Origin: Paraspadella gotoi
Taxonomy: Eukaryota; Animalia; Chaetognatha
Length of the DNA: 64,000 nt
Direction of reading: 5' to 3'
Assembly (NCBI GenBank): GCA_051294375.1
Contig: CM119270.1
Location: forward strand, 5,030,152 to 5,094,151
Numbering within the stretch: position 1 is the stretch's first letter; each line of letters opens with the position of its first letter. Of the stretch, positions 22,789 to 44,732 are shown in pieces. Position numbers and translations under genes: made by a program. A model generated the notes under the pieces. The model worked only from the letters and a program-made list of their open reading frames with translations. It searched no databases and had not been told where the DNA came from.

Positions 22789-25599
22789 TGAGTTTTAACT
22801 TTTAATTCTTTTTCCTTCATACTTTTTAAATTCTTAGAGAGCAATCATGCTTGTCAATCTTCCTAAGCTTTACTTTGCATCGTCATTCAACGGGGAAAGT
22901 AAGCATCACCACTTTTCACCATTCCAACTTTTTTGACGTCTCCACATCCATATCCCTCTGCTCACCCTCCACAAATATCTTCGTGAAATGTTGAGGCTTT
23001 CTCTCCTCTCCTCTCGTCTCTTCCCTCAGTCTCCATCCTCTCGATCTCGTGCTCTCATCTCGTCTCTACTCTTCTCTTCGTCTCATCTCTCTTCTCTCTT
23101 CTCTCCCTCCCTCTTCTCGCCATCTTTCGTTTCCACAGTCTCCCTTCTCCCTCCAAAAATCTCCGGTAAAAAACAACCAAGAAGTTTGTTTTTCTCTTTT
23201 TCCTCGATTTTTTTGGTTGTTGTGATCGAGAAAAATTGAAGGAAAACGTCTCTTTCTATCCTCTCTCTCTCTCTAATCTCTCTTCTCTCCTTTCTCTCTC
23301 TGTCTCTCTCTCTCTCTCTCTCGTCTTTTCTTCGTCTGCTCTTCATCTCCTCTCCGTCTCTCTCTCTTCTTCTCTCCATCGTTCCTCTCCCTCGTTTGTG
23401 GAGAGTCGAACTCGAAAACAAATTTGGAGTTGAAAAGTGTTTAGATTGAGCGCAAAAAAAGACGAACGCCGACTTAAGTTGTCGTCCCCAGTGATGAGGC
23501 CTCGTGTTGTTGTTGTAGTTTCCTTTTCCTGAATGTCCGCGGTTTGTTGTTATTATTTTCAGCGTAGTTTGTTAATAATTGTTTTCATTGTTGTTTTCGC
23601 GGTTATTTAAAACTTAACTTTTAATTATTGTCCTTTCGAATCAGTTTAATAATCTTTAATGACGATTACTCATTGTTATATCAATTTTTTTTCTCATTTC
23701 ATCAACGGGAATTCCTTAATAATCAATTTTTCCCAAGGGCAAAAGTAACTTAACTTTTTAATTCAAATTTCCTTAAAGTAAATGTCATGCTATGGCGGAA
23801 CTGTCCCTACAATGCAGAATAAATTAGTTTAGGCCTCAAAAATAAAACTGCTTAATTTGCCAATGCTTTTAATCGAGGGTGATTTATTTATTTTGTAATA
23901 CAACCGAATCAGTCCTACCCTAGACAAAGATTCGTACCAAAATAACTTGTTCGTATTTATCAACGGAAAAACGATTAGGGAAACGACGACGACGACGACG
24001 ACCGAGGAACGAGACGACGAAGATTTTTCCCAATAACATTGCGGAAAGACTCCCCCCCCCCTTGCCTCCCCCCTTGCCCCCTTGCTCCCCACCATTGCTC
24101 CCCCCTGCCTACTTGATCCCGGGTCTCTCTGAGGTCATCACTCCTCGCCCCCGGTCGTTGAAAAGAAAAAAGAAATGCTTGACTTTTCTGTTTTAGGGAC
24201 GACGACGAAGAAGACGACGAAGACGGACGAACGACCAAGACGAAAGAAGAAAAAGAATAAGCGACGGACAAACGACGAAGATGAATGATGATGATGATGA
24301 TGATGATGCTGTTAAAGATAATAAAAAAGTAAAAGATTCATCAAACCATCACTACTTATGTTTTCTATCGATCAACAGTCAATCATCGAGAAAAAAAAAA
24401 TATTTTATTTTTGACTTTTTGAATCAATAAAATAAATTGTAACCTTAAAATTTAGGAAATAAACGGACGAAGCGTAAAGAAAAAGGAGTGAGAACAGAGT
24501 GATCTCTATCGGTGATTTCTGCCCCCGATCCCTATTTTCCCCTCCAATCGAAAGGAAAATAATAAATAAAAAGATAAGATATTTGCCGGAAAAAAAAAGG
24601 AAACCCCAATTCAAAATAGGTTTTGAGCCCAAAGGATTGACAAGAGAAAGCGACAAACCCTCTTCTCTTTGTCTATAAATTCGATCTTAAAACCGCACTT
24701 TTCATTCTTTTACATTCCCTCTTCTCTCTCCTCTCTCTCTTCTCTCTCCTCTCTCTCTCCCTAGACATCTTCCTCGTCTCCTCCTCCCCTCTCTCTCTCA
24801 TCATCCTCTCTCTCTCTCTCTCTTGGAGAGAGTTAAAAAGGAATCCAAGCCGTTTGAAAATTTCTTCTTTCTCCGCCCACGGGTCCCCTACATTTCGTGC
24901 CTTTTTTTTTCACCAAAAAAAAAAAGATTGTGGTGGAGATTTTAGTGAGAGAGAAACGAGGTTGACGAGAAAATTGTGAACTGAGGGGGGAATTATTGGG
25001 GGAATCGAGGGGGCTGAGAAAGGCGGAGGTGGTGGGGAAGAGGAGGGGAGGATGGCGGACAAGGTGGGGGGGGGCGACGAACGACTCGAAGAAACGACCG
25101 CGAAAGAAATGGACAGAAAAAAATAATCGATTCGGAAGAAATTCAAGTTTTAAAATTTCTTTCTTCGGTTTGTTGTTCGGTCGCGTTCGCCGTTGTGTCT
25201 CGTTGTCGTCGGGTCGTCCGTCGTCGCCGTCGTTCGTTAAAGAATATTTGACAATTTTTTGTCATCAAGTCAAAAACGTCCATTTTTGTCTTGTTGTAAA
25301 GGCTTTTCTCTTTAATCCAAACAAAAGCAATAGTTTTTTTCCTTTTTTTAAATGTATTATTTTTTTCCTACAACTTGTTAATGTTCCCTGTTTCCACATC
25401 ATGTTAATAAATGATTCAGGATCACATTTATATATTAAATCATATAATCAGTTTTTTTGGGATTGTTTTTTTATAATTCCAAGGTTTATCATTTCATTTT
25501 TTACCAAACACTATTTAAGAAAAATATATATACTTTTTCCATTCTTACATTATTAGTTCCCTAATAATATTGGTCCCTTGATTTAATTATCATCAATTT

Positions 25600-25760
25600 C
25601 CATCTTTATTCTTTAATTTTCATTCATCATTTCACTCTTTCACATTCATTCGATCTTTCAACATTCATTCATTCATTTCATTTATTCTTTTCATTCATAA
25701 TTCATCATTAACTTATTCATGTCATTCATGTCATTCATTTCTTCCATTCCCATTCATTCC
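25600..25760. repeat. Degenerate (CATT)n microsatellite
   Basis: Runs of CATTCATT directly visible. Confidence 0.8.
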
Positions 25761-26166
25761 TCAGTCCAGACTAATTCCTTCATCCCGACTTAACTTGGTT
25801 AGTCTCAGTAAAGTCACTAGCGACGAGGACACGTTATCAAGCGGCTGAAGCCGGTCCGTCAACGTTGAGGGAGGAATGAAGAGAATCATCGGGAAACATT
25901 GAGCCATTGGAAATTGGAGAAGGGGAAAGAGAGAACGAGAGGAGAGAGAGAGAGAGAGGAGAGAGAGAGAAGAAGAGAGAGGGAGAGAGTGAGAAGTGAA
26001 GAGAGGAGAAGAGTTGTGGAGAGAAGAACCGGTAAAATATTCTAAAGAAAATTTTGTTTCGAAAAACTGAACTTTGAAATCACATCGAGTTGAAATTTTG
26101 AAAAAACGAGGCTGCGTATTTCGTGCCAATGAAACGGAAATCAATTTCCCTTCTTTTTTTTTATAA

Positions 26167-26201
<35 letters not shown>

Positions 26202-27318
26202 ATCCATCTCTCTCTCTCTTCTCCTCTCTCTCTCCCTCTCTCTCTCCCTCCTCCTCTCTCCCTCCCTCTCTCTCTCTCCCTGTCCCACCACTTTATCTTC
26301 ACCGGTATATTTTCGAAATTCACCCACCCCGATACTGAGATTAGACAACAAAAGTCGAAGATCGTCTTTTTGTTTTGTGAAATATCGAGTTGTTTGAATA
26401 TCAAACTGTTTCTTTCTTTTTACTTCTTTTTTCTCTTCATTTTTTCCCTGCTTTCCAACTTTTTTTTTTCTTTCGAAGATCAACAGAGAAAAAGATTGAG
26501 TGAGATTTTCTTTTGTTTGAAAGTGAAACCTGGAACCTCGTGGAAACCGGGGAACCCGGGTTGGTGAGGGGGGGGAGATGAAAGTAAGCAAGCGGAAGTG
26601 GAAGAGTTTGAAAGAAAGAAAGAAAAGAAAGAAAGAAAGAAAAGAAAAGAAAGAATAGAAAGAAAAAAGAAGAAAAGAAAGAAAGAAAAGAAAAGAAAGA
26701 AAGAAGGAAAGACAACTAAACAGAAAAGAAATTAAAAAAGACAACGCAGAAATAAAATTGAGAATGTAAAAAAAAGAAAAAAATCTAAACCGAAAGTAAA
26801 AAAAAATCTGGGAATTATTTCACACCTAAATATAGAAGAGTTATAAGTTCAAAGCAGATTTGCTTTTTACTTACTAAATTTAGTTATAATTAATTTCGCG
26901 CATCGTCGGAGAGGAATTAATTAATGAGAAACGACGAGGTAATAAAAATTTTTAGTTGTTCAAACTGTCAAACTCTTTAAACAAAGCCTAAGGTCTAAAA
27001 GTCCTAAGGGAGAAAAACGATAATCACAAATTGGAGATTTCTAGTTATACACTTTTTTCTCTTTAAAATTTTCAAAGATTGTCCAATTCTAGTTGGTAAT
27101 TCGTATTTATTTTTAGTAACGGTCAACGGACTTTTATATGGCGGTCCGCAGTGGCCCGAAGAGGCTTTGCGTCAGGCTTTGGTTATGTTACTAATTTAAA
27201 AAAATTTTTTCGAATAATTCAAAAAAGTTTAAAAAAGTGCTAAATTATCTTTTTTATTTTAGTTTATAAAGGAACGAGTTTGTTTTTGGGACANNNNNNN
27301 NNNNNNNNNNNNNNNNNN

Positions 27319-35222
<7,904 letters not shown>

Positions 35223-35247
35223 NNNNNNNNNNNNNNNNNNNNNNNNN

Positions 35248-35794
35248 GTTTCTCGCTACTTTATTTATAATATTTATCTGTTGATAATTTTTCCTGTCGA
35301 GGATTTCACCAGTTTCTCAGCCCTCACAACCCGATTTGATACAGAACAGAACCTCGTACATCTTCAGTTCTTTTTCTGACGACCGCCCGTTGCGCCTCTC
35401 TTGATAAGACTCGTTTTCCGTTTAAACCTACATACTTTTTCCGTCTTCGTTCCGTTAAATCGATTACATCTCATTCTTCGCCGTCTTCGATTCCGTTAAA
35501 TCAACTTACATCCTTGCTTCCGTTCGTCGATTCCGTTATAATCGAATTACATCCTTCTTTCCGGTCTTCGATTCCATTTAAATCGAATTGCTCCTTCTCA
35601 CGTCTTCGCCCGCAGATCGATCCACTTCCGGTTACCGTATCGCTGTTCACACGTGACTCTGAAATGATTCGCTACGTGATCGCACGTGGTCGCACCTACT
35701 CACACATCGTGCTGAAGTGCGACCGGTCGGGAGCTCTGTGTGTATCTCTCTCTCCTCTCTCTCTCTCTCTCTCCTCTTCTCTCTTCTCTCTTCT

Positions 35795-35833
<39 letters not shown>

Positions 35834-37027
35834 AATGCCGTAAATTGGTCTCAGAACTCGGCTCTCCCCTTATCATCTCTTGAATCATGCGGTCGTTGGT
35901 AAGAGGAAGAGGAAGAGGAAGTGAGGAGGAGGAGAGCGAAGACGATATAGGAGAGGACCCTCGTTGTTGTTTAATACTCCAAGATCTAAAAACTCAGATG
36001 TTCCAAAGGAAGAGACAATGATGAGAAAAATTTTTTAATCTCCTCTCCCTTGCTTCTCCCCCCACAGCTGCACCCCCTCGATAGCACCCCAAAGAACCTC
36101 CTGCTGCTCTCTCTCTCTCTCCTCTCCTCTTTTCTCTCCAATTCTCTGGCTTCTCTTCTTGTCTCTCTCTCTCTCTATCTCATCTCTTCTCTTCCCTCTC
36201 TCTCTTTTCATTTCCTGAGAACGCGTGTTGTGGAGGTCGTATGTCTTCGTCTGTCGTCGTCGTTGTTTTGTTGTTTGCTGTGTGTTGTTTTCATCGTCTT
36301 TATCGTGAGTTCCGTTGCCGTTGTCTCTTGGTCAATCATTATTAACAAAAACCGTATGATTTGGTATGATTTAAATGTTAAATGGTATAGCAGGTTTGTG
36401 GTTAAAAATGTGTATTATCGTCGTCGTAGTGCTGTCTGTTGTTGTCAATCCGTCGTTGTTTGTCATCGTTCTTTTGTTCGGCTGTCAAATTAAATAATTA
36501 AAATTTGAAAGTAAAAAAAAAAGAATTAAAAACGGGTTTGAAAACGGACATCTTGATTGTAAGGAAATTTTTTTTTTGTCTTTCAGGCGTCATTACTCCG
36601 TTTGCCCGCAATTACGACAACACACACACTTCTCTCTCTCTACTCGCCAACGCTTTCCTCCAGGGGATTTATTTACTAGGTTTGGCTTAAGCGATGTCGC
36701 GCTAAGTTGACTGAAAAACAAGCGCTCTCTCTCTCTCTCTCTCTCTCTCTCCTGTTCTGTCCTTTCTCTCTCTCACTTTGGTCTTTCTATAGTTATTCAC
36801 TTTCTTATGGTCAAGGTCTGGCCGGAAGTTTAATTTATTTTAACTTTGTCAAATATTGTTTTATTCGAAAAAAACATTTAACCCAATTCAAGAGAAAAAA
36901 ATCAGTTGACTCCAAATTGCGACATTTTTTTTTGCTTTCCCCCATCTAAAAATCGGGAAACGAAAGAACGTCCGACATAACTGAGAGAGAGACATACGGA
37001 GATGACACTAAAAGGAATAGAGAGAGA

Positions 37028-37067
<40 letters not shown>

Positions 37068-37393
37068 TGAGAAGAAGACTCTCCTGTCCCACCACTTTAT
37101 CTCACCGGGTATATTTTCACCCACCCGATACTGAGATTAAGACAACAAAAGCGAAGATCGTCTTTTGTTTGTGAATATCGAGTTGTTTGAATATCAACTT
37201 GTTTCTTTCTTTTACTTCTTTTTCTCTTCATTTTTTCTTCCAACTTTTTTTTTCTTTCGAGATTCAACAGAGAAAAGATTGAGTGAGATTTTTCTTTTGT
37301 GTTGAAAGTGAAACCTGGAACCCGTGGAACCGGGAACCCGGTTGGTGAGGGGGGGGGAGATGGAAAGTAAGCAAGGCGAAGTGGAAGAGTTGA

Positions 37394-37425
<32 letters not shown>

Positions 37426-38034
37426 NNNNNNNNNNGAAAGAAAGAAAGAAAGAAAGAAAGAAAGAAGGAAAGACAACTACAGAAAAGATTAAAAGAAAAC
37501 GCAGAAATAAAATGAGAATGTAAAAAAAAGAAAAAAAATCTAAACGAAAGTAAAAAAAATCTGGGAATTATTCACAACCTAAATATAGAAGAGTTATATT
37601 CAAAGCCAGATTTGCTTTTTACTTACTAAATTTAGTTATAATTATTTCGCGCTCGTCGGAGAGGAATTAATTATGAGAAACGACGAGGTATAAATTTTTA
37701 GTTGTTCAAAACTGTTCAAAACTCTTTAACAAAGCCTAAGGTCTAAAAGTCTAAGGGAGAAAAAAACGATAATCACAAATTGAGATTTCTAGTTATACTT
37801 TTTTCTCTTTTAAAATTTTCAAAGATTGTCAATCTAGTTGGTATTCGTATTTATTTTAGTAACGGTCAAACGGACTTTTATATGGCGTCCGCAGTGGCCC
37901 GAAGAGGCTTTGCGTCAGGCTTTGTTATGTTACTAATGTTAAAAAAAATTATTATTCGAATAAATTCAAAAAAGTTTTAAAAAGGCTAAATATCTTTTTA
38001 TTTTTAGTTATAGGAACGAGTTTGTTTTTGGACA
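35248..38034 (+). repeat. Further duplicate copies: 35248-37070 matches 20255-22700 (third copy) and 37084-38034 matches 26279-27292
   Basis: Shared anchors such as CCTGTCCCACCACTTTATC (26279/37083) and GCAGTGGCCCGAAGAGGCTTTGCGTCAGGC (27148/37891). Confidence 0.88.
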
Positions 38035-38221
38035 CATCGTTATCAATATATTCGTAATGACGTTGTCATCCGTCAATGAAAAGAATCGTTAAAATTTCTT
38101 TCAAATGCGCATCGTTTTATTCTTTGCGTCGGCAGCGTGTCTAACATCTCTGTACATTAATTCTTCGACAAGGAAAAGTCCTTAAGAGACAAAGGAATTT
38201 TGAGAAAATCGCTTTCTTTTC

Positions 38222-38348
<127 letters not shown>

Positions 38349-39203
38349 CATCTACCCTCCTTAAAAATTAGACGCAACAATTTTTTCCCATGGAGTTTCA
38401 CTCTCGCGGCTCCATCTGCTTTCTTGAAGCAATCATGCAAGGACGACGACGACGACGACGACGACTATGACGACGACTGTTGATCCAAGCGAATCAACAA
38501 ATTGCAAGAACAAATCAAGGCTTCGTCCTTCGGGGGAAGGAGGGACGGGCCGTCGCATGACGAGGTCTTGAGGCATTTGCAATCCTCGTCGTCGTCGTCG
38601 TCGTCGTCAGCGTCGTCGTCAGCGTCGGAGTCCTTTCCCTCCCCTTTCGTCATAACCCTTTACCTCTCGCGTTATTCGAGAGACGTGCATTTTCCCACAC
38701 TCCGGGCCTTTTGATTATATGGAGACTCTCTCTCTCTCTCTCACTCTTCTCTCTTCTCCTCTTTCTCCTATCTCTCTCTCTCTCATCTCGTCTTCTCTCT
38801 CTCTCTTTCTTTGTTGGATTTAATTCCGGGATCTTAGTCGGCAAAGGAGCGAGAAGCATTCACCTCTTCTCGTTGGAAGGAAAGAAAGGGGGGAACGGTA
38901 GAAGGAAGAAGATGGAAAGAGGTATTTTCTAGGAGAAGAGGAAGAGCGTTTCGCTTCTTTTATTTTCCTTCATTTGTTCTTTTTTTCTTTTTTTTCGTGT
39001 TTTTTTTTTCTCTTTTTGGTAATTTTTTTTTCTTTTTTTTTCAAAAACTTTTTTTCTTGGGAGTTTTGTTTTTTTGGTGAGGACCGGAGGATGAGGAAGA
39101 GGAGGAGGAGGAGGAGTAGAGAGAACATTCTCCCTCTTTCACTCTCGTGCGCGGGCATTTTCCCACTTTCGTGTTTTTCTTCTTTTTTTTCGTTTTCTTT
39201 TTC

Positions 39204-39251
<48 letters not shown>

Positions 39252-39502
39252 GAGAGAGAGATCTGCGCAATTTCTCTCAGCTCGCGTCAGGCAGATGGCT
39301 CCACTCATTCTTTCTTTTCTTTCTTTCTTTCCTTTCTTTACTTTTTTTTCGCGTCTTTAAAGATTCCATCGGACGAAAGGAGAGCGTGGGAAGACGTTCT
39401 CACGCCGGGGGCTTCTTAACGTCCTTTCTTCCCTAACTCATTTGCTTTCTTTCTTTCTTTCATTCTTTCTTTCTTTATTTCTTTCTTTCCTTCTTTCTTT
39501 TT

Positions 39503-39594
<92 letters not shown>

Positions 39595-40358
39595 TCCTTA
39601 TTTCTTTCTTTCTTTCTCTCTTGTTACATCATGCTTTGGAATGGACCTATATGAGATATATTTAGTGTATATAAAGGAGTTTGAAAAAATGTATATGATT
39701 TAAACATCACCTCATATTTGCTCATTTGTCCACCGGGAGGGGGGGGGCAGCTCATTTTTGAGCTCTTTCTTCTCTTATATATTTCACTAAACTATTAACT
39801 TATCTATCCCTCACCACCTATTCCTCCATTTCAATTTTCATTATTACTTATTTAACTTTTGTTAATTCAAAAATCTCAGCTTATTTCAAAGTTTTCTAAA
39901 CTTATCTTTGTTGTACATTGTCAAATGTAAATATTTCTCTCTCTCTCTCTTTCACTTTTCACCATTTCAAAATTATCTTCTTCTCTGTTCTTACCTTCAC
40001 CTGTCCTTTCATCTGGCCACTGTCCTTTTCTCAGTCCTTTGTTGGAAACTCNNNNNNNNNNAATGTTTTTCAAAGCTAATGAAGACTCGAACCAGTAGAG
40101 TCGAAACATGTACTACTAACAATAAAAATCGTTGTATTGGCACTTCAATAAATATTTCCTAATATTCACTTAGCAACGAAAAGAGAGAAAATAATACAAG
40201 GATTTTATTATACCAGGACGGAATTTTAAGTTATATCAATTTCGATTTGGTCTATATAATCTGGTTCCGAGATAACTTTAAATCGACAGCCTACGGAAGC
40301 CTTTGTTGCAAAATCTACAAGACATCCTGGCGCATCAAACTCGCCGTCAAAGCTTCCA

Positions 40359-40563
40359 CTAGTTGATCTTCTTCTCAACGACCCAGACGACGAGATCGTA
40401 GTCGCTCAACGACTTCTCCAGACGACGCCTCTCCTTCAAGACGGCGCCCTTCCGCTGGCACACCTCTTGGATGTAATCGTCCATATCACGGTATTCGGGG
40501 ACGGTCTCCAACCATCTGAAGTCAGAGATTAGGTTTAGGGGAAAATGTCTCTATCTGTTTCTG

Positions 40564-40662
<99 letters not shown>

Positions 40663-42166
40663 TATCGTTGATCGAGCAAACGACATGCCCTCCCGGCTTC
40701 ACGGCGTCGAGCAGATAGTCCCACCCGTCCTTCGGCACGTGACCTGGAGTGAAGGCCCCCGACATGAGGGCCAGGTCGTAGGTTCCCTGTGAAAAGATAT
40801 TGCTGCATGAATTCAGTATGGATGCGGCTTGAATGCTGCATGAATTCGGCAATATTACTAATATTATTAGGACCAATACAGCAACAAAGCAAAGGTAGCA
40901 TGATGTTACTAAAATTTATCGAGATGAATTAAGTGGCGAAGGTATTTTATATATATATATATATCCAGAAATGTCTTCATTCCCAAACAACGGGTATATA
41001 GGTAAGTTCCCCTCACCCGGGATCAAAAAGTAAGTTACCCCCACCCCCACCCCAAACTCTCTCCTCACTTCCTTAAAAGGCAACTCCGCTCCGCCGCCTA
41101 CGAAGCCGACGAAGGAGTTGGCGTAGAGACGCTTCTCCTTCGCGACTCTCAACATCTCGGGAGACGCGTCGACGGCGTCAATGGAGACTGTGGACGGAAG
41201 GCCGGCGTCGCGAAGGCATTGGGTGAGGGAGCCCGTGCCTTGGGACCGGGTGGATGATGATTATAAAAAGAATAATAATAAGGATAATAATAATGACAAT
41301 AATGAGTGCTAAGTGGGCTGAAGATGACTATCCGTAACTTCTATAACCCCCTTTAGTAGCCATGGAACGGGTCCTGGGCTTGGAACCAGGCTTGAGGGGT
41401 TGCCACGCCCCCAAGGCGGCTTACGGCCGTCCTCACGCTTCCCACAGGGTAGGTACCGGGTTGGGATTGAACCCGGTACCTAGTGGTCATGAGCTGATGG
41501 CTTTACTCAATGAGCCACCGGGTCAGGACTGAAGGTGTCATGCTTATAGGCGGGGTGAACCTAGGCAATGCCCGACTACACTGTCCGGTAGAAAGCTTTA
41601 AGAGTGAAATAGTAGAATTGACTTAGAATGATTGTAAGTTAATAGTAATAATTCATAGTAGGTATTAAACCTACTACTACTCCTACTCCCACATCCATTG
41701 TTGTACATCGGCAATACATTCGTTGAGTTTGCAAGAGATGGTTATCGACCATAGGGCGCACAAGACAGCGACCAGTGCGAAGTTGATAGATCTGACTGCA
41801 GTTTGTCTCTCATACTAAGATTTCCCGCTCTTAGTCAGTCTTATTGACTTAACATCATTGAATTTGGGTAAGTCGTAGGCCACTCATAGTTATGTTTTGC
41901 TTTAAAATTTATTTCCATCTATAATTGATATCTTCTGAACCAATTATCTGATGACCCCAAGACTCTTCACCCGCTGCCACGTCCACTATCCTCGCCCCGG
42001 CATCGAGCGTCACCGTTTCCATGACGACGTGCGCCACGAAAGCCGGCGTCCTCCACCCCAATCCGACCATGTCGGCGTCGTACTTATCCGCCCACGATTC
42101 GTAAAGAGTCACCGTCTCTTCTTTGGACTTTCCGTCTGCGATGGCGCGGTCGAAACTCGTCGACAT
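40359..42166 (-). CDS. METTL27: Class I SAM-dependent methyltransferase, METTL27/WBSCR27-like, complete, 4 exons: 42166-41971, 41238-41069, 40786-40662, 40515-40359; 215 aa
   Basis: Spliced ORF of 648 nt: MSTSFDRAIADGKSKEETVTLYESWADKYDADMVGLGWRTPAFVAHVVMETVTLDAGARIVDVAAG/TGSLTQCLRDAGLPSTVSIDAVDASPEMLRVAKEKRLYANSFVGFVGGGAELPFKE/GTYDLALMSGAFTPGHVPKDGWDYLLDAVKPGGHVVCSINDK/WLETVPEYRDMDDYIQEVCQRKGAVLKERRRLEKSLSDYDLVVWVVEKKIN*. Contains motif I (DVAAGTG), D.S.EML, YD, GHV and KPGG; the N-terminal Y..WA..YD is typical of the WBSCR27 family. Confidence 0.9.
41262..41524 (-). mobile_element. tRNA-derived SINE in methyltransferase intron 1
   Basis: Minus strand: GACCCGGTGGCTCATTGAGTAAAGC (A-box-like) ..CTCATGA.. 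GGTACCGGGTTCAATCCC (B-box), then a ~150-bp GC-rich body and an (ATT)n-like tail at ~41305-41262. The acceptor stem does not close, so it is not a functional tRNA. Confidence 0.7.
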
Positions 42167-42233
42167 CGTGAGGGGAGGTTGCGGAGTTAGGTACGCTGAG
42201 AGGGAGAAAAAAAAGGGTAAGATTCTCTCTCTC

Positions 42234-42278
<45 letters not shown>

Positions 42279-44216
42279 AACGTCTCGGTTCAATTCTTTG
42301 ACCAATCGTTTTGAAAGTTTCAAGAACATTGTAAAAAATTTTCAAACTTAGATCCAAAAAATATATTTGTAGAAAACCAAGATTTAAACATTTAGTTGCT
42401 TTGTTTTGTGTTTTTAAAATTTGTTTAATAAAATCGAAAAAAAATGCATCGTAATTTTGGAAGCGAAGTTTGTCCTTTCAACTCAAGAGTCCAAATCTTT
42501 TTTAACCGGTTATCAATTTTTTTAAAACAGTTTGCTCCTCGTTGTTTAGTTTTTTTAAGAACAGTTTGATCTGGCATCAGCTGTTATCGTTCAGTTTTGT
42601 TCTTGCTAAAGATTATAATTTATTTATTGTCACAATACTAAACACTCTTTAGTCATGTATTTCTTTTTCACCACAAAATATCCTATACTTTAAATTTTTC
42701 TTCTCTAAACATTCTCTCTCCTTTTTCTGTTCATATTTTATCATTAACTTTTTAGACAACCAACTCGCTCTCATTCTAATTCTTGTTCTCTCACTTCGTT
42801 TTTTTGCTCTCTCTCTTTCTCTCTCTCCCTTTTTTTATTTTGCTCTCTCTCTCTCTTTCTCCCGGTGCAAATTTTAATCAATTAAGGAAAAGTTCAGAAA
42901 ATTTTTTTAGAGATAAAATCGGTTAAAAAAACACGCGCATCGCGAATAAATACATAACCCCGGGCATAAAAGTCTTTCGTGAGTTTCAGATCACACGATG
43001 GTTGTATCAGAGTTGATTACTAAATATCGTTACGTCAAACGGAGCTGTTAAAGGAAGTGTGCATAAAGATGCGCTCTAAGCCAGGCGGTATGCGATCAAA
43101 GGGAAGGACGAATGTATATAAAAAGCATGTTAATTGAGAGAGAGAGAGTCGATGAGAGAGGGAGAGAGAGATGAGAGCCCAGAGGAGAGAGACGGAGGAG
43201 AGAAGGAGAGGAGATGGAGAGGTGAGATATGAGAGAGAGAGAGAGAGAGAGAGAGTTCCGGGAAATGAAAGAAAATATTGAGAGTGATTCAGAACTTGCT
43301 AAAATACGTACTCGCTGAAGTTCGACACCCAACCTTAGACAAAAAAATATTCAAATCACTTTCTGAGTACAACCAATATAATAATTAAATGAATTTTCAA
43401 CTCCTTATTTGAAACTTGAATCATTTTATCAGTAATTTCACTCACGCCACTCACTATCTTCATTCGGCTCCACCTTAAATTTCACATTCCTTCTTCACTT
43501 TTTTCCTCTATTTATTTTCTCAATTTTTTTTTCTCTTGTCTTTTCTTTTCTCTTTTCTCCCTTTCCCTCCTGCCCTTTCTCCGGTCTGACCCTTCGTTTC
43601 ATGTCTTTTCTCCTTTTCCCACCTTACCCCCTTTCCCCCCTCCCACCTAACCCCCACTGCTCAAAATCGGATCCTGTTTTTCTCTTTTTCCCGCTAATTT
43701 CACTTATGAATCGAAAAACCATCTTTTTCCTCCTCCTCCTCCTCCTCCTCCTCTTCCTCCTCTTCCTCCTTCTTCTCTTCCTCCTCATCCCCCTCCTCTT
43801 CTTCCTCCTTCTCCTCTTCACGTTCATGGGAAAACCCTGGGAAACCGGAAGAAACTTTGCATCATCAATTTCGTAAAGTTTATGAGATCTTCCCTTATTT
43901 TTTCCTTAATTTCTTTCCTTTTTTTATTTATTTTTTCCTTTCCTTCCTTTATTTTCTCTTCCTTCTATCTCTTGTTTCTTCATTTTATCTCCCATATATT
44001 TATTATCTCTGTTTTTATTTTATTTTTATTATATTGTTAATGCTTTCTCTTATCTTTTTTCCCTCCTGTCTATTTTTTATGATAACGCAGGTAACGCATG
44101 TAATATGAAGCTACAGACGGGTAATTTTTGCTTTATTATCCCAGACGCCTCAATTTTCCTATTTCATTCATTAAAAGGATGCACCAATGCCCCTATGCAG
44201 TGTGCACTCCCCCTCC

Positions 44217-44321
<105 letters not shown>

Positions 44322-44615
44322 TCCTCCGTGTCCGCCGCCACCGTCCTCCCACGCAGCGTTTTTCCCATTTTCTCTCTAATTAAGGATTTAGGGAAAAAAA
44401 TTATGTTTTTTTCTCTTTTCCTTATCTTTCTTTCTTCCTTTCTCTTCTGTGCAATCTTTCTTTCGTTCTTTCTTTCTTCCTTTCTCTTCTCTTCAATTTT
44501 TTTTCTCACTTTTGATGGAGAATTTGATTTTCAAGATTTATTTCTTTTTTTATTAACCGCGAACTTGACTTTGGGGAGAAGAGGGAGAGAAGTAGAGAGA
44601 GAGAGAGAGAGCAGA

Positions 44616-44654
<39 letters not shown>

Positions 44655-44699
44655 AAAAAAAAGAAAGAAAGAAGAAAAGAAAGAAAGAAAGAAAGAGAA

Positions 44700-44732
<33 letters not shown>

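Noticed and set aside
25761-26744. 327-aa ORF on the minus strand (longest in the track)
   Set aside because: Built mostly from (TTTC)n and (GA)n tracts (SFL, RE, SL runs), with no domain or coding-like composition.
41450-41524. Possible tRNA gene
   Set aside because: A and B boxes are present but the acceptor and anticodon stems do not pair and it runs into a SINE-like body and tail; reported as a SINE.
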